Shown one piece after another: positions 50,956-64,000 of a stretch of 64,000 bases of DNA (position 1 is the first letter of the stretch; each line of letters begins with the position of its first letter). The DNA comes from Vicugna vicugna. Taxonomy: Eukaryota. The DNA is taken from contig MU057989.1 of assembly GCA_013265495.1 (NCBI GenBank), forward strand, positions 124,001-188,000. The letters are read 5' to 3'. Below the pieces are notes generated by a model. That model worked only from the letters and a program-made list of their open reading frames with translations, did no database searches and had not been told where the DNA came from. The position numbers and the translations under genes were made by a program.

Positions 50956-51062
50956 TTATTTTTATTTATTTATTTCTAAACTAGAGGTACTGGGAATTGA
51001 ACCCGGGACCTTGTGCATGCTGAGCACATGCTCTACCACTGACTTCTACCCACTTCCTTCCC
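50955..51062 (-). mobile_element. tRNA-derived SINE (camelid Vic-type), antisense
   Basis: GGTACTGGGAATTGAACCCGGGACCTTGTGCATGCTGAGCACATGCTCTACCACTGA preceded by (TTTA)n, the reverse complement of the 11358 element. Confidence 0.8.
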
Positions 51063-53003
51063 CTACTATAGAGGCAAGCAGATAGACTCAGGGAAGTGGG
51101 ATTCCTACTCAAGCTCCTCAGCCCAGTAGAGCTGGTATTTGAACCCAGTCTGAACCCAAATCCAGTGCCCAGGTTACTGATCACCGGCCACTCAGCTGCC
51201 CTCCATGAGCAGGCCAGGGAACCAGTGCCTGGTGCCATGGGGCAGCGCAAGTGGCCTGGAAGGAGAGCCCTCCCCAGGGAATCAGAGTGGACTGTCCCAG
51301 CTGTCCCAGGCTCTTATGGGTGGTTGGGGCCAGGGGCCACCCCTGTGCCCTTCCCAGCAGCCAGTAAAGCCCACAGGACTCCAAGTCATGGCTGCCTGCC
51401 AGGCAGGGCAGGAAGTAGGTGTGTGGGGAGCTGTGCTGGTGCACCGGGCTGAGGGTACCCAGCAGGAACAGAGGGGCCTTGTGCAAAGGTGGGTCTGTGG
51501 GGGGTAAGAGAGGGTGGGTGCTGCCAGCACAGTTGCATGGCATGTACACTCACATGAGTATGCCCCCTGGGTGCAGGCCCTGGTGTGGGGAGAGAGAGTG
51601 GCAAGGGTGCAGCCCAGGGTGTGGGTGGGAGGGGAGGCAGAGAGGGAGGCGGGGTGCAGGTGAATCTTAGTGCTTGGGGGCACTGCAAGGAAGTGGGTAC
51701 CTGGTAAAAGCCCCGCAGTCCACTGGCAGCTGAACCAAGGGCCCCCATAGGTGTTGTGGGCTCAGAGGCCTCACGTTGAAAAGCCCCCCTACCCGTTGTT
51801 GTCCACTCTTTACTCCAGCCTCTCTCCAGGGCCCACCCTGCCAGGCTACCTGGGGTGGTAGGCTGGACTCCTTAGCCAGAGGTGCCCCAGAGGGGCTGGC
51901 TGGGCAGGGGGCAGGCCAGCAGATAGAGTGTGGGGCCTCTGGACTAAGATCCAGGAGCCCTGAATCACTGCTGTCTCCAGCCAGCCCAGTGGGGTCCACA
52001 GACTCCCTGGATGAGGTAGGGGCTGGTGTCCAGACCCCCCTATTCCTGGCATTTCCCAGGCCTACCTCTCCTGGCCTCCTGGCCTCAGCTCCCCACCAAG
52101 CCCCCTGTGCCTGGCCCTGCTTCAGGCTCCTCTGCCTGCCCTGAGGAAGGGAATGGAGAGTGATTACTAACCCCCAGGGACCCTTCTTGCAATCCTGCCC
52201 CTTCCTGCTCCTGCAATGCTGCCCCCACTGCATCCTGAGCAATGACACCCGCTCCCCTCCATAAATTCTGTCCCTTATAGTTAGAGTCAGTGCTGCTGGA
52301 GCAGAGCAGGAGATGGAGGTAGAGCTGGGAGGGCCTCATGCAACAGGTAGACCCCGGCCGAGCCTTCAGGAAAGAGTGTAGACTCTTGGACAGGCTGAGC
52401 ATGGGGTGACCCATCCCTGTGTGTCACTGTCCTTCATGGAACGGAGGCTCAGGCCCGCTCTTGCAAACCCAGCTTCAGCTGGGGACAAAGGGCCATCTCC
52501 TGGTGTGGTCCCTGTGCTCTCCAGGGTTAGATGGGTTAATAGCCTGGCTCTTCTTGTGAACAGGCCTGCCTGTGGGATACAGTGATACAGTCTGCTACAC
52601 TGTTCCCTTGCCACTTACCCCTGTAACACTCTGCCCCCTTCGTGTAACACAGTAACTCATTCTGAGTCTCCCCTGCCAGCCACACCCACATTTCTGGGCC
52701 TGGTTTCCCTACCCCCAGCTGTGTTTCGGCTGGACCTAGGGTGCCCGCCTGCTCCTTGCCAGCTGCTGGGGGGACATCTGAGCCCTCTGGGCTTGGCGCC
52801 AGGGCCCCAATCCCTGACGGGGGGTGGAGGGGCCTGGGGGTCTAGCTGTCAGCACCCATGATGAATGAGGGGTGGGGCAGGGAAGAGGCCCAGGGCTGGA
52901 CTCATGCTGAAGGAGGTGGGGGCTGGCCCCCTGGGGTCTGCTAGCAAAGCTTCTACTACTCCCAGTGGGGGGGCCTGGGTGAGGGTCCCCACCCAGCAGG
53001 GGT

Positions 53004-63956
<10,953 letters not shown>

Positions 63957-64000
63957 GTGAGGAGGCCTTTTGCCTGAGTTTTCCTTCCCTTCCCCTCCAG

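Overview
Mammalian genomic DNA, GC-rich. It is probably from a camelid, inferred from tRNA-derived Vic-type SINEs. Gene order matches human 16p13.3: FLYWCH1 (+, CDS 1904-14555, five FLYWCH zinc fingers), KREMEN2 (+, 22095-25647), a defective class I endogenous retrovirus (26749-33055), PAQR4 (+, 33620-35918), PKMYT1 (-, 41085-36844), and the 5' part of GREP1/LINC00514 (+, from 53049, running off the window). The provirus contains an inverted solo LTR of its own family. The most unusual element is largely missed by the ORF track. GREP1 is a signal-peptide exon followed by about 41 mostly 30-60-nt, frame-symmetric phase-1 exons. They encode Gly-rich modules (GPxAQNGYGPG, GFGGGx[19 protein letters not shown]), an elastin-like architecture. 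The array includes decayed exon copies, one apparently fused exon, and an in-frame TGA in its 4th exon. All exon boundaries were read by eye from AG/GT signals and frame continuity. Gene and repeat names come from recalled sequence knowledge, not database searches.
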